Assembly: GCA_037045605.1 (NCBI GenBank)
Contig: JBAOHK010000009.1
Location: 3,866 to 67,865, forward strand
Reading direction: 5' to 3'
DNA from: Chitinophagaceae bacterium
GTDB taxonomy: Bacteria; Bacteroidota; Bacteroidia; Chitinophagales; Chitinophagaceae
DNA length: 64,000 nt
Shown: piece by piece, positions 54,142 to 64,000 of the stretch
Layout: every line of letters begins with the position of its first letter
How positions within the stretch are numbered: position 1 is the first letter of the stretch
Translations under genes and position numbers: made by a program
Notes under the pieces: model-generated
Seen by the model: only the letters and a program-made list of their open reading frames with translations
What the model was told of the DNA's origin: nothing
Databases searched by the model: none

Positions 54142-55122
54142 ATGCCCGTTTTCCGGAAACTGCTGATCCTGCTTGCCACTGTTGTACTGCTGGCGGGCTG
54201 CAAATCCAAAAAGAAGCCTTCCCTTTCTGGGGAAGAACCGGTGGAAATATCAGACTTTATTGAGTTCTTTCAACCTGTCAAACTTCCTTACCAGGTTTCA
54301 GACACGGCATTACAGAAGAAAGAAAAAGATTCGTTGCTTATCAGTTATAAGATATTCACCCAGTTTGTTCCCGATTCTGTACTTAGCAATGTGTACGGGA
54401 AAATAAAACCTAAAATTTATGCACTGGGTAAAGCAGAAATGCCAAAGGGCGGAACATACCTTTTTGTAAAGACGGTTACCAATGATAAGAAAGCAATTCT
54501 TATCCTGAGTTTTGATGATAAGCAACAGTTCGGCACTTCCCTCGCTGCTCTACGGCCTGATAATAATAAAGCAACGCTGCAGTCCGTCGTGATGGATAAG
54601 AAATATGCTATCACCAAAATTGTGACTATAAAGAATCCTGATGGTAGTATTAGTGAGGGCAAAGATGTATATGCCCTTGATCCGGGTGGAAAAAGTTTTG
54701 GACTTGTTATGACCGATGCGCTGAGTGATAAAGTGACTGAACTGATCAATCCCATTGATACATTGCCGAGAAAAAGTAAGCTGTCAGCTGATTATGCAAA
54801 CGGAAAAATGAACCTTGTTTCTGTACGGGATGGCCGTAAGAATGACCGCATTACTTTCTTTATTCATTTTGAAAAGAATAACGGCGAATGCGCCGGGGAG
54901 TTGAAAGGAGAGGCGATGCTGAAGAGTTCTAACACTGCTGAATACCGGGAAGATGGTGACCCATGTGTGTTGAAATTTATATTCTCTTCCACTTCTGTAA
55001 CGTTGAAGGAAGTGGAGGGTTGCGGCTCCCGCCGCGGATTGAATTGCTCTTTTGACGGCAGCTTTGCCAGGAAGAAATATGTAAAACCAGTCAGTAATTC
55101 AAAGCCGGCAAAGAAAAAATAA
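54142..55122 (+). CDS. Lipoprotein of unknown function
   Basis: Lipobox LLAGCKSKK. No recognisable catalytic motifs. Confidence 0.5.
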   Translation: MPVFRKLLILLATVVLLAGCKSKKKPSLSGEEPVEISDFIEFFQPVKLPYQVSDTALQKKEKDSLLISYKIFTQFVPDSVLSNVYGKIKPKIYALGKAEMPKGGTYLFVKTVTNDKKAILILSFDDKQQFGTSLAALRPDNNKATLQSVVMDKKYAITKIVTIKNPDGSISEGKDVYALDPGGKSFGLVMTDALSDKVTELINPIDTLPRKSKLSADYANGKMNLVSVRDGRKNDRITFFIHFEKNNGECAGELKGEAMLKSSNTAEYREDGDPCVLKFIFSSTSVTLKEVEGCGSRRGLNCSFDGSFARKKYVKPVSNSKPAKKK

Positions 55123-55261
55123 GTTTTATCTTCCCCTTTTTTATAACAATAGTCCTAAAAGTTTTTCACTTATTATGTGGATAAGTAGCCCTGAAATTCA
55201 ACGACTTAGTTTAATTCAGGATTAAACTTTATCTTGCAGCTTCGTGTAAAAAAGACACATT

Positions 55262-56917
55262 ATGAGTTTTACCAATTTTTCAGTCCCGTATCCTGCAGAA
55301 GAACGTTACACAAAGAGAGTCGCTTACTTCTCAATGGAATTTGCCACTCACCAGCCACTGAAAATATATAGCGGAGGTTTAGGATTTCTTGCCGGTTCCC
55401 ATTTACGCAGTGCTTATGAGCTAAAACAAAACCTTGTTGGTATCGGTATTTTATGGAAGTATGGTTATTACGACCAGGAACGTCACCAGGACCAGACATT
55501 AGATGTAGCCTGGAATGAGAAGCAATTCAGTTTCCTGGAAGACACCGGTATCAAATTCCAGATCAACATACATGAGCATCCGGTTTGGGTAAAAGCATTT
55601 TATCTGAACCCGGAAACTTTTAAAACAGCACCGTTGTTCCTGTTATCAACGGATCTTCCGGAGAATGATTATGTATCGCAAACCATCACTCATCGTTTGT
55701 ACGATGCGAATGTGGCCACCAAAGTGGCGCAGTTCATTTTGTTGGGTGTTGGTGGTGCGAAACTGATGGATATGATCGGGTTCAATCCTGAATTATATCA
55801 TCTGAATGAAGCACACGGGTTGTCTGCTGCCTTTTATCTCTACAACAAATACCAGAATAATATTGCAGAGGTTAAAAAGCGATTGGTGTTCACGACCCAC
55901 ACACCTGAGGAAGCCGGTAATGAAAAACATGATATCTATCTCTGTCATAAAATGAGTTATTTCTGCGGCCTGTCTGTTGATGAAGTGAAAAAACTCACCG
56001 GCATGCCGGATAACCAGTTCAATCATTCACTGGCAGCATTGCGATTTGCCCATTCGGCAAACGGGGTGTCGCAGTTGCATGGGCATGTTTCGAGAGCTAT
56101 GTGGGGAAAGTATGATGATATCTGCCCGATCATTTCTATCACCAACGCACAGAACTGGAGATACTGGGCGGACAAACAACTGTATCGTTTTGCAGAAGCC
56201 GGTGATGATTACGGTATTGATGACCGCAAGAAATACCTGAAGAAAAGGGCATTTGAAATAGTGGCGGACCAAACCGGAAAAATATTCAGCCCGGATGTAT
56301 TCACTATCGTTTGGGCAAGGCGTTTTGCCGGTTATAAAAGAGCAGGATTGATCACCACTGCAGAAGAACGATTTGAAAAGCTGCTGGCTGATACAAAGTA
56401 CCCGGTACAGATCATCTGGGCAGGTAAACCCTACCCGGTTGACCATCCTGCTATCAGTGAATTTAACCAGCTGGTACATTTAAGCAAACGATATAAAAAT
56501 GTGGCAGTACTTATAGGATATGAACTTGGTCTGTCAAAAAGGTTAAAACAGGCAGCTGATTGCTGGCTCAATAATCCAAGAGTGCCAAGGGAAGCATCCG
56601 GTACAAGCGGAATGACAGCGGCTATGAATGGAGCAGTTAATTTCTCTACTGATGATGGATGGATACCTGAGTTCATTAATCATGGGCATAATGGGTTTGT
56701 AGTGCCAAAAGCCGATTATGCAAATATGGCCACTCATGAGCAGGACGAATATGACCTGAACAAACTGTATGAAATATTAGAAGGTGAGATTCTGCCGTTG
56801 TATTACGACAATTACAATACATGGAGGCAGGTGATGAAGAATGGTATGCAGGATGTCCGCTTCCAGTTTGACAGTAACAGGATGGCACATGAGTATTATG
56901 AGCTGTTGTACAAGTAA
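55262..56917 (+). CDS. Alpha-glucan phosphorylase family protein (GT35, short type)
   Basis: GGLGFLAGSHLRSA, NEAH, FTTHTPEEAGNE, and the EASGTSGMTAAMNG PLP-Lys region. Confidence 0.85.
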   Translation: MSFTNFSVPYPAEERYTKRVAYFSMEFATHQPLKIYSGGLGFLAGSHLRSAYELKQNLVGIGILWKYGYYDQERHQDQTLDVAWNEKQFSFLEDTGIKFQINIHEHPVWVKAFYLNPETFKTAPLFLLSTDLPENDYVSQTITHRLYDANVATKVAQFILLGVGGAKLMDMIGFNPELYHLNEAHGLSAAFYLYNKYQNNIAEVKKRLVFTTHTPEEAGNEKHDIYLCHKMSYFCGLSVDEVKKLTGMPDNQFNHSLAALRFAHSANGVSQLHGHVSRAMWGKYDDICPIISITNAQNWRYWADKQLYRFAEAGDDYGIDDRKKYLKKRAFEIVADQTGKIFSPDVFTIVWARRFAGYKRAGLITTAEERFEKLLADTKYPVQIIWAGKPYPVDHPAISEFNQLVHLSKRYKNVAVLIGYELGLSKRLKQAADCWLNNPRVPREASGTSGMTAAMNGAVNFSTDDGWIPEFINHGHNGFVVPKADYANMATHEQDEYDLNKLYEILEGEILPLYYDNYNTWRQVMKNGMQDVRFQFDSNRMAHEYYELLYK

Positions 56918-56941
56918 ACGGTGAATTGTAAATGAGTTCTG

Positions 56942-58162
56942 CTATTTAAAGAGAGTTGTAAGTTCCTCCGTAGTTTTTTTTACCGGGTAAAAACCGGCCA
57001 GTTTATTTATCACCCCTTCCACCAACGCATCAGGGCAAGAAGCGCCACTGGTAATAAGGATCTTTACTGTTTCTTTAGTCGGTAAGAAACCTGCCGTAAG
57101 AATTTCTTCTTTAGTATGAAGGTTATGGTGAAGAATTTCTTTTTTGGATAATATATTTTCTTCGTTATTGATGAAATAGGTGGGAAGTTTTTCTTCGCAT
57201 AGTTCAACGAGATGGGAGGTGTTGGATGAATTATATCCACCGACAACAATTGCTAGGTCAGCTTCGGTTTCCAGCATTCCGCTTACTGCAGTTTGGTTAT
57301 CATTGGTGGCATAACAAAGTGTATCCCTTGTATCTGCAAATCTTTCCTCTGAATTAGCCGGCCTGAATTGTTCGATCATCACTTGTTTAAGAAAATCAGC
57401 GATGGCCTGCGTATCGCTGGCCAGCATAGTAGTTTGATTAACCACACCGATCCGTTGCAGGTCTTTTGTTACATCAAAGCCCGGCGAGTATTGGTTTTTA
57501 AACCTGGTATAGAAATCATCAGCGGATCTTTCGCCGGTGATGTATTGGGCCAGTTCTTTCGCTTCGTTAATGTCTTTTACAATAACAGAAGGAGCATTTT
57601 CTGCTGCGTGGGAAAAGGTAGCCCTGGTTTCCTCATGTTTTGGTTTGCCATGAATGACGATGGTGTAGTTCTTTTTGGCAATCATTTCACTGCGGTTCCA
57701 TACTTTTTCAACGAAGGGGCAGGTGGTGTTATATTTCGCTGCCTGTATACCGATGCTCTTTAATTTCTCTTCTATTTCGAGTGTGGTGCCAAATGCCGGA
57801 ATGAGCACAATATCATCTGGAGTTATTTCTTCAAAATGGATAATCTGTTTTCCATACGTATCCTGTAAGAACTGGATGCCATGTGCCTGCAGGTCAGCAT
57901 TCACCTGTGGATTGTGGATCATCTCACTCAGCAGGAAGATCCTTTTGCCCGGGTTTTCTTCTACTGTTCTGAAAGCAATCTCAATGGCGTTCTCCACACC
58001 ATAGCAGAAACCAAAATGGCGGGCCAGGTAAATTTGCAGGGGACCAAAATCGAGCAGGGTAGGTGTAAAGTCCTTTTTCATCTTATCCATTTCTTTCCGT
58101 TTCTGTTTGATGGCAGAGATCAACGGACTGCGGTAGATGATGGGGACATCGAAACTTTTCAT
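56942..58162 (-). CDS. ispH: 4-hydroxy-3-methylbut-2-enyl diphosphate reductase (long form)
   Basis: RHFGFCYGVENAI, TTCPFV and TSGASCPD cluster-Cys motifs. Confidence 0.9.
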   Translation of the reverse strand: MKSFDVPIIYRSPLISAIKQKRKEMDKMKKDFTPTLLDFGPLQIYLARHFGFCYGVENAIEIAFRTVEENPGKRIFLLSEMIHNPQVNADLQAHGIQFLQDTYGKQIIHFEEITPDDIVLIPAFGTTLEIEEKLKSIGIQAAKYNTTCPFVEKVWNRSEMIAKKNYTIVIHGKPKHEETRATFSHAAENAPSVIVKDINEAKELAQYITGERSADDFYTRFKNQYSPGFDVTKDLQRIGVVNQTTMLASDTQAIADFLKQVMIEQFRPANSEERFADTRDTLCYATNDNQTAVSGMLETEADLAIVVGGYNSSNTSHLVELCEEKLPTYFINNEENILSKKEILHHNLHTKEEILTAGFLPTKETVKILITSGASCPDALVEGVINKLAGFYPVKKTTEELTTLFK

Positions 58163-58252
58163 GAAGACAAAGTTAATAATACTGAACCTGTTTCCTGTGG
58201 CAACCGTTTTTCAGGTCAAATGTTCTTGGTATCTTCCGCAAAAATTCGGACT

Positions 58253-59641
58253 ATGCGATATGTATTGCTTGCCATATCATTTTCAATACTGCTTGGCTCC
58301 TGCAAGCTGATGAAAAAAGAAGATGAAAAAGAAACCCCTAAAACCACAAGCAGCATGATAAACCGATTCAAACCTGTTGACTGGTCACACAATACCAATA
58401 TCTATGAAGTGAATGTCCGGCAGTATACGATTGCAGGAACATTCAATGCATTTGCTCAGCATTTACCAAGATTAAAAGAGATGGGAGTAAAAACACTCTG
58501 GTTCATGCCCATCACACCTATTGCACAAAAAAATAAGAAAGGATCCCTGGGCAGTTACTATGCCTGTTCAGATTATACATCCATCAACCCGGAGTTTGGA
58601 ACACTGGATGATTTTAAAGCATTGGTAAAACAAGCCCATGAAATGGGATTTAAGGTCATCATCGACTGGGTGGCCAATCATACCGGATGGGACCATGTTT
58701 GGACAAAAGAACATCCGGAATATTTTTTAAAGGATTCAGCTACTAATGATTTTAAGATTGCATCCGGTATGGATGATATCATTGAGCTGAATTTCAAAAA
58801 TCCCGGATTGAGAAAAGCAATGAAGGACGCAATGAAGTTTTGGGTAACCGAGTGTGATATTGATGGCTTTCGCTGCGACCTTGCGTTTTGGGTAGAACTT
58901 GATTTCTGGAAAGAGGCCCGGAAAGAACTGGATGCGGTAAAACTATTATTCTGGCTTGGAGAATTTGATGAACTGGAAAAGCCTGAATATGGCGAAGCCT
59001 TTGATGCCAGTTATACCTGGACATGGATGCACAAGACAGAAGATTTTTACAAGAAACATGAGCCATTAGATACATTACTTACAGTGCTGAAGAAATATGA
59101 TGACCTGGGCGATAGCACAATGAGAGCCTGGTTCACTACTAATCATGATGAGAACAGTTGGAATGGCACAGAGTATGAAAAATACGGGGACATGGCAAAG
59201 GCTTTAGCTATATTCAGCGCCACATGGAACGGGGTGCCGTTATTATACTCCGGGCAGGAGCTGCCTAATAAAAAGAGGATAGAGTTTTTTGATAAGGATA
59301 CTATTGCATGGAATGCAGGCAACGAGCTTGAAAGTTTCTACAAAACGTTGCTGACGCTAAAAACAAATAATCCTGCACTTCGCAGCGGCGACCCGGCAGT
59401 ACAGACTTTTCGTATCAAAACCAGTGAGCCTAAAAATGTGTTTGCATTTTTAAGAAAGAACGGAGCTAAGGAAGTACTGGTGGTTTTAAATCTCTCTTCA
59501 CAGAAAGACCTGCACTTTGACATACCTGACCCGATAGTAACAGGAGTATTTAAAAATATTTTCTCAGGAGCGGCTAATGATTTTACGACGGATAAGAGTT
59601 TTGAAATGCAGAACTGGGAATACCTTGTCTACGAGAAATAG
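58253..59641 (+). CDS. GH13 alpha-amylase family lipoprotein
   Basis: Start set at MRYVLLAISFSILLGSCK (lipobox). The longer ORF start overlaps ispH antisense. GH13 regions are DWVANHTG, GFRCDLA, GEFDE and TNHDE. Confidence 0.85.
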   Translation: MRYVLLAISFSILLGSCKLMKKEDEKETPKTTSSMINRFKPVDWSHNTNIYEVNVRQYTIAGTFNAFAQHLPRLKEMGVKTLWFMPITPIAQKNKKGSLGSYYACSDYTSINPEFGTLDDFKALVKQAHEMGFKVIIDWVANHTGWDHVWTKEHPEYFLKDSATNDFKIASGMDDIIELNFKNPGLRKAMKDAMKFWVTECDIDGFRCDLAFWVELDFWKEARKELDAVKLLFWLGEFDELEKPEYGEAFDASYTWTWMHKTEDFYKKHEPLDTLLTVLKKYDDLGDSTMRAWFTTNHDENSWNGTEYEKYGDMAKALAIFSATWNGVPLLYSGQELPNKKRIEFFDKDTIAWNAGNELESFYKTLLTLKTNNPALRSGDPAVQTFRIKTSEPKNVFAFLRKNGAKEVLVVLNLSSQKDLHFDIPDPIVTGVFKNIFSGAANDFTTDKSFEMQNWEYLVYEK

Positions 59642-59666
59642 AGGGTTACGAAACTCTGCGAATAAT

Positions 59667-59693
59667 AAAGCCGCTTCAACTAAAGCGGCTTTA
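59667..59693. terminator. Bidirectional terminator between the amylase gene and htrA
   Basis: AAAGCCGCTT / AAGCGGCTTT stem with loop CAACT, flanked by A and T tracts. Confidence 0.6.
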
Positions 59694-59717
59694 TTTATAA
59701 TAATCAAATAAATAGTA

Positions 59718-61214
59718 TTATGGCATTTCTTCCAGGTTCAGCGGATACCTGTACACACCTTCATAACCGGGATAAATACCTTCTAATTGTATGCTTTCAC
59801 CTTTCAAACTGTTCAAGGCCTGTCCGAGTTCTTCTATACTGGTGATGTCCACACCATTCACACTGGTGATGATGAAGCCGTCTTCCATTCTTGTTTTACT
59901 AAGCGGGCCGCCTGCTTTTCTTTTCTTCACCAGTACACCACCTTCAATTTCATATTGCTGAGCTTTTTTCTGATCCAGTGTTTCCAACTCAGCGCCCAGT
60001 TTATCACCTGCTCCACCAGAGGCTGTTTGGTCATAGGTTCCGGCTTTGGCAGATAATGTTGCAGCAGTAGTGTATTCTTTCCCGTTCCTTTTATAAGTAA
60101 TGTTTACTTTATCTCCTGCATTGTAGGAAGAGATTGTTGCTTGTAATTCTGTCCATGAATTGATAGGGGCATCATTTATTTTAGTAATGATATCTCCTTT
60201 TTGTAAACCAATTGTTGCAGCGGCCCCGTCTTTAGGAACTGAACCAACATGGGCACCGTCACCAGCATCGTATTTATCTTCTGCCACCTGCACACCGAGG
60301 TATGCTCTTTTTACGTCACCATATTTGATCAGGTCGTTCACAATCTTTTTGGCAAGGTTAACGGGTATCGCAAATGAGTACCCTGCATATGTTCCTGTAG
60401 GAGCATAGATGGCCGAGTTGATACCTATTAGTTGTCCGTCAGTGCTGATCAATGCGCCGCCACTGTTCCCCTGGTTCACTGCCGCATCTGTTTGTATGAA
60501 TGATTCAATTGGCGTCTGGCTCTGGCGGCTATTAATATTGATATTTCTCCCTTTTGCACTTACAATACCAGCAGTAACGGTAGTTTCCAATGTAAGTGGA
60601 TAGCCGATTGCCAATACCCACTGTCCGAGTTTAACGTTATCTGAATTACCATAAAGTAAGAAAGGAAAACCTGTACCGTCAATTTTCAGCACTGCTATAT
60701 CTGTGCTGGGATCCTTGCCAATCAAACGGGCCTTGTATGTTTTTTTGTTGCTGAGTGTAACGGTTATTTCATCTGCCGCACCAGCGCCACCGTCAGAAAC
60801 AACGTGGTTGTTGGTAATAATGTAACCGTCATCGCTGATAATAACACCACTGCCGGATGCCCGTTGTTCGGGTTGATAGCCCTGGTTGAAGTTCTGATTA
60901 AAGAATTGCTCAAAGAGGTCTTCCATACTATTGCCACGGTTAGTACGGGGGATATTATTAGTTCTCTTGGCGGCGATTTTAGTTTTGATGTGAACAACGG
61001 CAGGAACGGCTGCATTTGCTGCTTTTGTAAAATCAATGGGTTCGCCGGCACCCGTCACTCCATCAAAATATCCGGCATAGTTGACCGGTACATTACCGTT
61101 AGCGGTTTGTGCAAAGCTGGTTTTTTTACCGGCTACTTTTCCATAGATCCACACACTGGTTACAGCTGATACGGCACTAATTCCAATGATCAGCAGAATT
61201 TGTTTCCATTTCAT
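59718..61214 (-). CDS. htrA: HtrA/DegP/DegQ-family periplasmic serine endoprotease with two PDZ domains
   Basis: Catalytic triad context TNNHV, D.AVLK and GNSGGAL, followed by two PDZ-like segments. Confidence 0.9.
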   Translation of the reverse strand: MKWKQILLIIGISAVSAVTSVWIYGKVAGKKTSFAQTANGNVPVNYAGYFDGVTGAGEPIDFTKAANAAVPAVVHIKTKIAAKRTNNIPRTNRGNSMEDLFEQFFNQNFNQGYQPEQRASGSGVIISDDGYIITNNHVVSDGGAGAADEITVTLSNKKTYKARLIGKDPSTDIAVLKIDGTGFPFLLYGNSDNVKLGQWVLAIGYPLTLETTVTAGIVSAKGRNININSRQSQTPIESFIQTDAAVNQGNSGGALISTDGQLIGINSAIYAPTGTYAGYSFAIPVNLAKKIVNDLIKYGDVKRAYLGVQVAEDKYDAGDGAHVGSVPKDGAAATIGLQKGDIITKINDAPINSWTELQATISSYNAGDKVNITYKRNGKEYTTAATLSAKAGTYDQTASGGAGDKLGAELETLDQKKAQQYEIEGGVLVKKRKAGGPLSKTRMEDGFIITSVNGVDITSIEELGQALNSLKGESIQLEGIYPGYEGVYRYPLNLEEMP

Positions 61215-61417
61215 ATTCTTCTCAGATTTTAATTGTGATGATAAGGGTATCGTTTGTTTATCTGTTTACAAAGTAACGATGCACTTTGTTTTATTGATTG
61301 CCAATCAATTAGTTTAACAAATCATTTACCAAGCCTTTCGTACTTCTTTTGAAGTTTAAAATTAATACGATTTGCGGTGAAATGAAATACCATTGCTCAC
61401 TGATTTTTCAAATCCAC

Positions 61418-62416
61418 TTACAGGGTCACGAGAAACTTCAACGTATCCACCTCATCGGCATAATCACTGATCGAAGGGCACTGGCCTTCACCAAAAGGGG
61501 TAAAGCCTTTGCCAGCAATGCATTGCAAGTCTTGTGCCGCCGGAATTTTGGCTGACAGGTCGTCATTTCCGGAATAAAATTCATAGTTCAGCTGGCTGAT
61601 GGGGGAAAAAATGGCGGTGTCTTCAATCAGCAGAATGGAGCCATTGGTCATGTAATACTTCTTATTCAGAAGGTGCAGGGCCAGGTTGTAGTCGTAGTTG
61701 TTTTTGTACTTATGCTGGTCGGTGAGGTAATTATATTTCCTGAAAGTTTCCAGCAGAAGTATAAAATCATACCCTTCGGGCACATATAATTTTGTCACAT
61801 TGCGGCAGCCCAGTCCAAAGTACAGGTATACATCATCGGCCAGTTTTTCAAGTTCCTGCTTTGTTTCATTGCCGGTAAGCACTGCCACGGATGTCCTGTT
61901 GCGCCGGATGATATGCGGATATTTTGCGAAATAATAATCAAAATAGCGGGATGAATTATTGCTTCCGGTGGCAATGTAGGCATCACAACCTTTAAGCATT
62001 TCAGAGAACTCTACCTGGTCGCTTACCTGGTGATCCCATTCTGTCATTTTTCCCACCAGGTGTTTAATAAGCACCTTATCTTTTGAAGAGGGTTTGATAA
62101 CAGCCTTATGTCCGCTGATGAAAACACATAAAAAATCATGGAAGCCCACCAACGGAATATTTCCGGCCATTATTATTCCTATAGTTTTTTGGGAATCGTT
62201 TTCTTGCTGAACCGGGTATGTACTGACCCATTTTTCGAGTAGCTCTTTTTGTAAAAAGGACCGGGCTATATTTTTAACCGCTGTTTCAACAAATCCAGGG
62301 ATGAACCAGCCATTTTCAATGCCAGCCCTTTCTTTTGCCAATGACCATTCCGGGCTGTCCGACAAAATATATTGTCCCAGCTGGATTAATAAGCCTGTCC
62401 GATATTGTAAATTCAT
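61418..62416 (-). CDS. LuxC-like acyl-CoA reductase family protein
   Basis: Start set at the ATG (MNLQYRTG...). IIMAGNIPLVGFHDFLCVFISGHKAVIKPSSKD is typical of the Bacteroidota LuxC-like family. Confidence 0.7.
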   Translation of the reverse strand: MNLQYRTGLLIQLGQYILSDSPEWSLAKERAGIENGWFIPGFVETAVKNIARSFLQKELLEKWVSTYPVQQENDSQKTIGIIMAGNIPLVGFHDFLCVFISGHKAVIKPSSKDKVLIKHLVGKMTEWDHQVSDQVEFSEMLKGCDAYIATGSNNSSRYFDYYFAKYPHIIRRNRTSVAVLTGNETKQELEKLADDVYLYFGLGCRNVTKLYVPEGYDFILLLETFRKYNYLTDQHKYKNNYDYNLALHLLNKKYYMTNGSILLIEDTAIFSPISQLNYEFYSGNDDLSAKIPAAQDLQCIAGKGFTPFGEGQCPSISDYADEVDTLKFLVTL

Positions 62417-62470
62417 CAGCAACAATTAAATTTGTGCAAATCTAAGTTTCAACCCGTTAAATAAACTGTT

Positions 62471-62818
62471 ATGGCTATTAAGATTACAGAAGAATGTATC
62501 AATTGCGGTGCCTGCGAACCAGAATGTCCTAATAATGCTATCTACGAAGGTGGTGTAGAATGGGCTGTTTCTGACGGTACATCAGTGAAAGGTTCTTTTA
62601 CATTGCTGGACGGATCAGTAGTGGATGCAGACCAGAAAAACCCTCCTGTTTCTGTGGATGTTTATTACATCACACCAAACAAATGTACCGAGTGCCAAGG
62701 CTTTCATGAAGAGCCTCAGTGTGCTGCGGTATGCCCGGTTGACTGCTGTGTACCGGATGAAATGTACCAGGAAACTGTGGAGCAATTGATGGATAAAAAA
62801 GCGAAACTTCACATCTGA
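62471..62818 (+). CDS. 4Fe-4S dicluster ferredoxin with an internal insertion
   Basis: CINCGACEPECP and CTECQG...CAAVCP cluster motifs. Confidence 0.85.
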   Translation: MAIKITEECINCGACEPECPNNAIYEGGVEWAVSDGTSVKGSFTLLDGSVVDADQKNPPVSVDVYYITPNKCTECQGFHEEPQCAAVCPVDCCVPDEMYQETVEQLMDKKAKLHI

Positions 62819-62954
62819 GTTTTTTTGGGGTGTGCATAAATTCTGCCGCAAAATTACCGGCAGGCACGTTGAATTTTCTAACTTACAGTCATATCTCAAT
62901 AGATATAGCAGCGAAAGCTGCCTAAAGAGTGGCGGGTGATATGTCCCGTCGTAA

Positions 62955-62990
62955 AAAGGTGAAGGAGAAACGGCCTTCACCTTTCTTATT
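62955..62990 (+). terminator. Strong hairpin terminator about 140 nt downstream of the ferredoxin stop
   Basis: Perfect 11-bp stem AAAGGTGAAGG / CCTTCACCTTT followed by a T-rich tail. Confidence 0.5.
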
Positions 62991-63096
62991 TCCCGGCTTT
63001 TTAAATGGTAAAGCTTTTTTAAACTTATCCCCTGTTCGTTGGGGGTCTTAACTTTTTCAGCAATATTTGCAACAGCAAAACCCACTACCTGTAAAA

Positions 63097-64000
63097 ATGA
63101 AGAAGAACATAGCTCTTGTTACCGGCGGTTTTTCCGGCGAGGCTGTAATATCCTATAAAAGTGCCGTTACAATCGATAATAATCTCGACAGGGGTCATTT
63201 CAATGTCTTTAAGATCGATATTAACCCACAGGGTTGGTTCTATGAATTGACCGATGGCCGCAAGGTGGAAATTGATAAGAACGATTTCTCTCTCCAGATA
63301 GATAACCAGAAAATAAAGTTTGATGCTGTCTTCATTGGTATGCACGGCACGCCGGGGGAGGATGGAAAGCTGCAGGGATATTTTGATATGCTGAAAATCC
63401 CGTACACAGGATGTGATGCAGCTACTTCGGCCATTACTTTTAATAAACGTTATGCTGTAGCGGTGGCCGGGATGGCTGGCATAGGAGTTGCAAAATCCGT
63501 GATACTCATCAAAGACAGTTTTGGCAGTCCTGATGAAATTACCAGCACATTAAAATTTCCTGTTTTTATTAAGCCTAATAATGGAGGGTCCAGTATCGGG
63601 ATGTCTAAAGTGGATAAACCTTCTGATGAGTTGGGCATAGCCATTGAAAAAGCTTTTAAAGAAGATGACCAGGTGCTGGTAGAAGAATTGATAAAGGGAA
63701 GGGAGTTTACAGTGGGTGTTTTTAAATCAAAGGGAAATATTATCGTGCTGCCACTTACTGAAGTAAGGGCCCATGATGATAAGGCTTTCTTTGATTTTGA
63801 AGCCAAGTACCAGGGTAAGTCAACGGAGACAACGCCAGCGGAAGTGGATGAAGTGGTCGCTGATAAAGTACGGGATGCTGCAAAAAAAGTGTACACCATA
63901 TTTAATTGCAGAGGTGTGGTACGCATTGATTTTATTTATAACGAGGAGGAGGGCAGGCCTTATATGCTGGAAGTAAACACCATCCCTGGTCAGAGTGAGG
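63097..64000 (+). CDS. ddl: D-alanine--D-alanine ligase, 3' end beyond the window (absent from the ORF track because it has no stop)
   Basis: Hand translation MKKNIALVTGGFSGEAVISYKSA...FIGMHGTPGEDGKLQGYFDMLKIPYTG...FIKPNNGGSSIGMSKV...YMLEVNTIPGQSE. Confidence 0.9.
   Translation, partial: MKKNIALVTGGFSGEAVISYKSAVTIDNNLDRGHFNVFKIDINPQGWFYELTDGRKVEIDKNDFSLQIDNQKIKFDAVFIGMHGTPGEDGKLQGYFDMLKIPYTGCDAATSAITFNKRYAVAVAGMAGIGVAKSVILIKDSFGSPDEITSTLKFPVFIKPNNGGSSIGMSKVDKPSDELGIAIEKAFKEDDQVLVEELIKGREFTVGVFKSKGNIIVLPLTEVRAHDDKAFFDFEAKYQGKSTETTPAEVDEVVADKVRDAAKKVYTIFNCRGVVRIDFIYNEEEGRPYMLEVNTIPGQSE

Overview
This is a housekeeping-dominated chromosomal window from a Bacteroidota genome. That assignment is an inference from T9SS parts (PorQ, a plug-like protein, a Por_Secre_tail cargo), TAnnTTTG -7 boxes and Chitinophagia/Sphingobacteriia-like gene content. 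I can support about 55 protein genes, one tRNA-Leu(CAG), an SRP RNA hidden under spurious ORFs, and several rho-independent terminators and candidate operators. I found no CRISPR array, IS element, integrase, prophage, toxin-antitoxin pair or recognisable defence system. I do not see convincing evidence for a spectacular novel system. The least explained parts are these: (1) a duplicated cassette at 1.7-10.1 kb of tail-fibre-like secreted proteins flanking two BNR/Asp-box propeller proteins; (2) a tightly packed seven-gene minus-strand operon at 10.2-16.4 kb with an unlisted 56-aa membrane ORF, possibly envelope or lipid modification; (3) a conserved RDD/SpoIIM-like/DUF4129/DUF4350/MoxR/DUF58 cluster of unknown function. 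One caveat dominates interpretation. At least eight genes, including essential proS and truB, are broken by single-base frameshifts, and several of those I could resolve sit in homopolymer runs. I therefore read most of them as assembly indel errors rather than real pseudogenes. Family assignments come from motif recognition by eye, with no database search.
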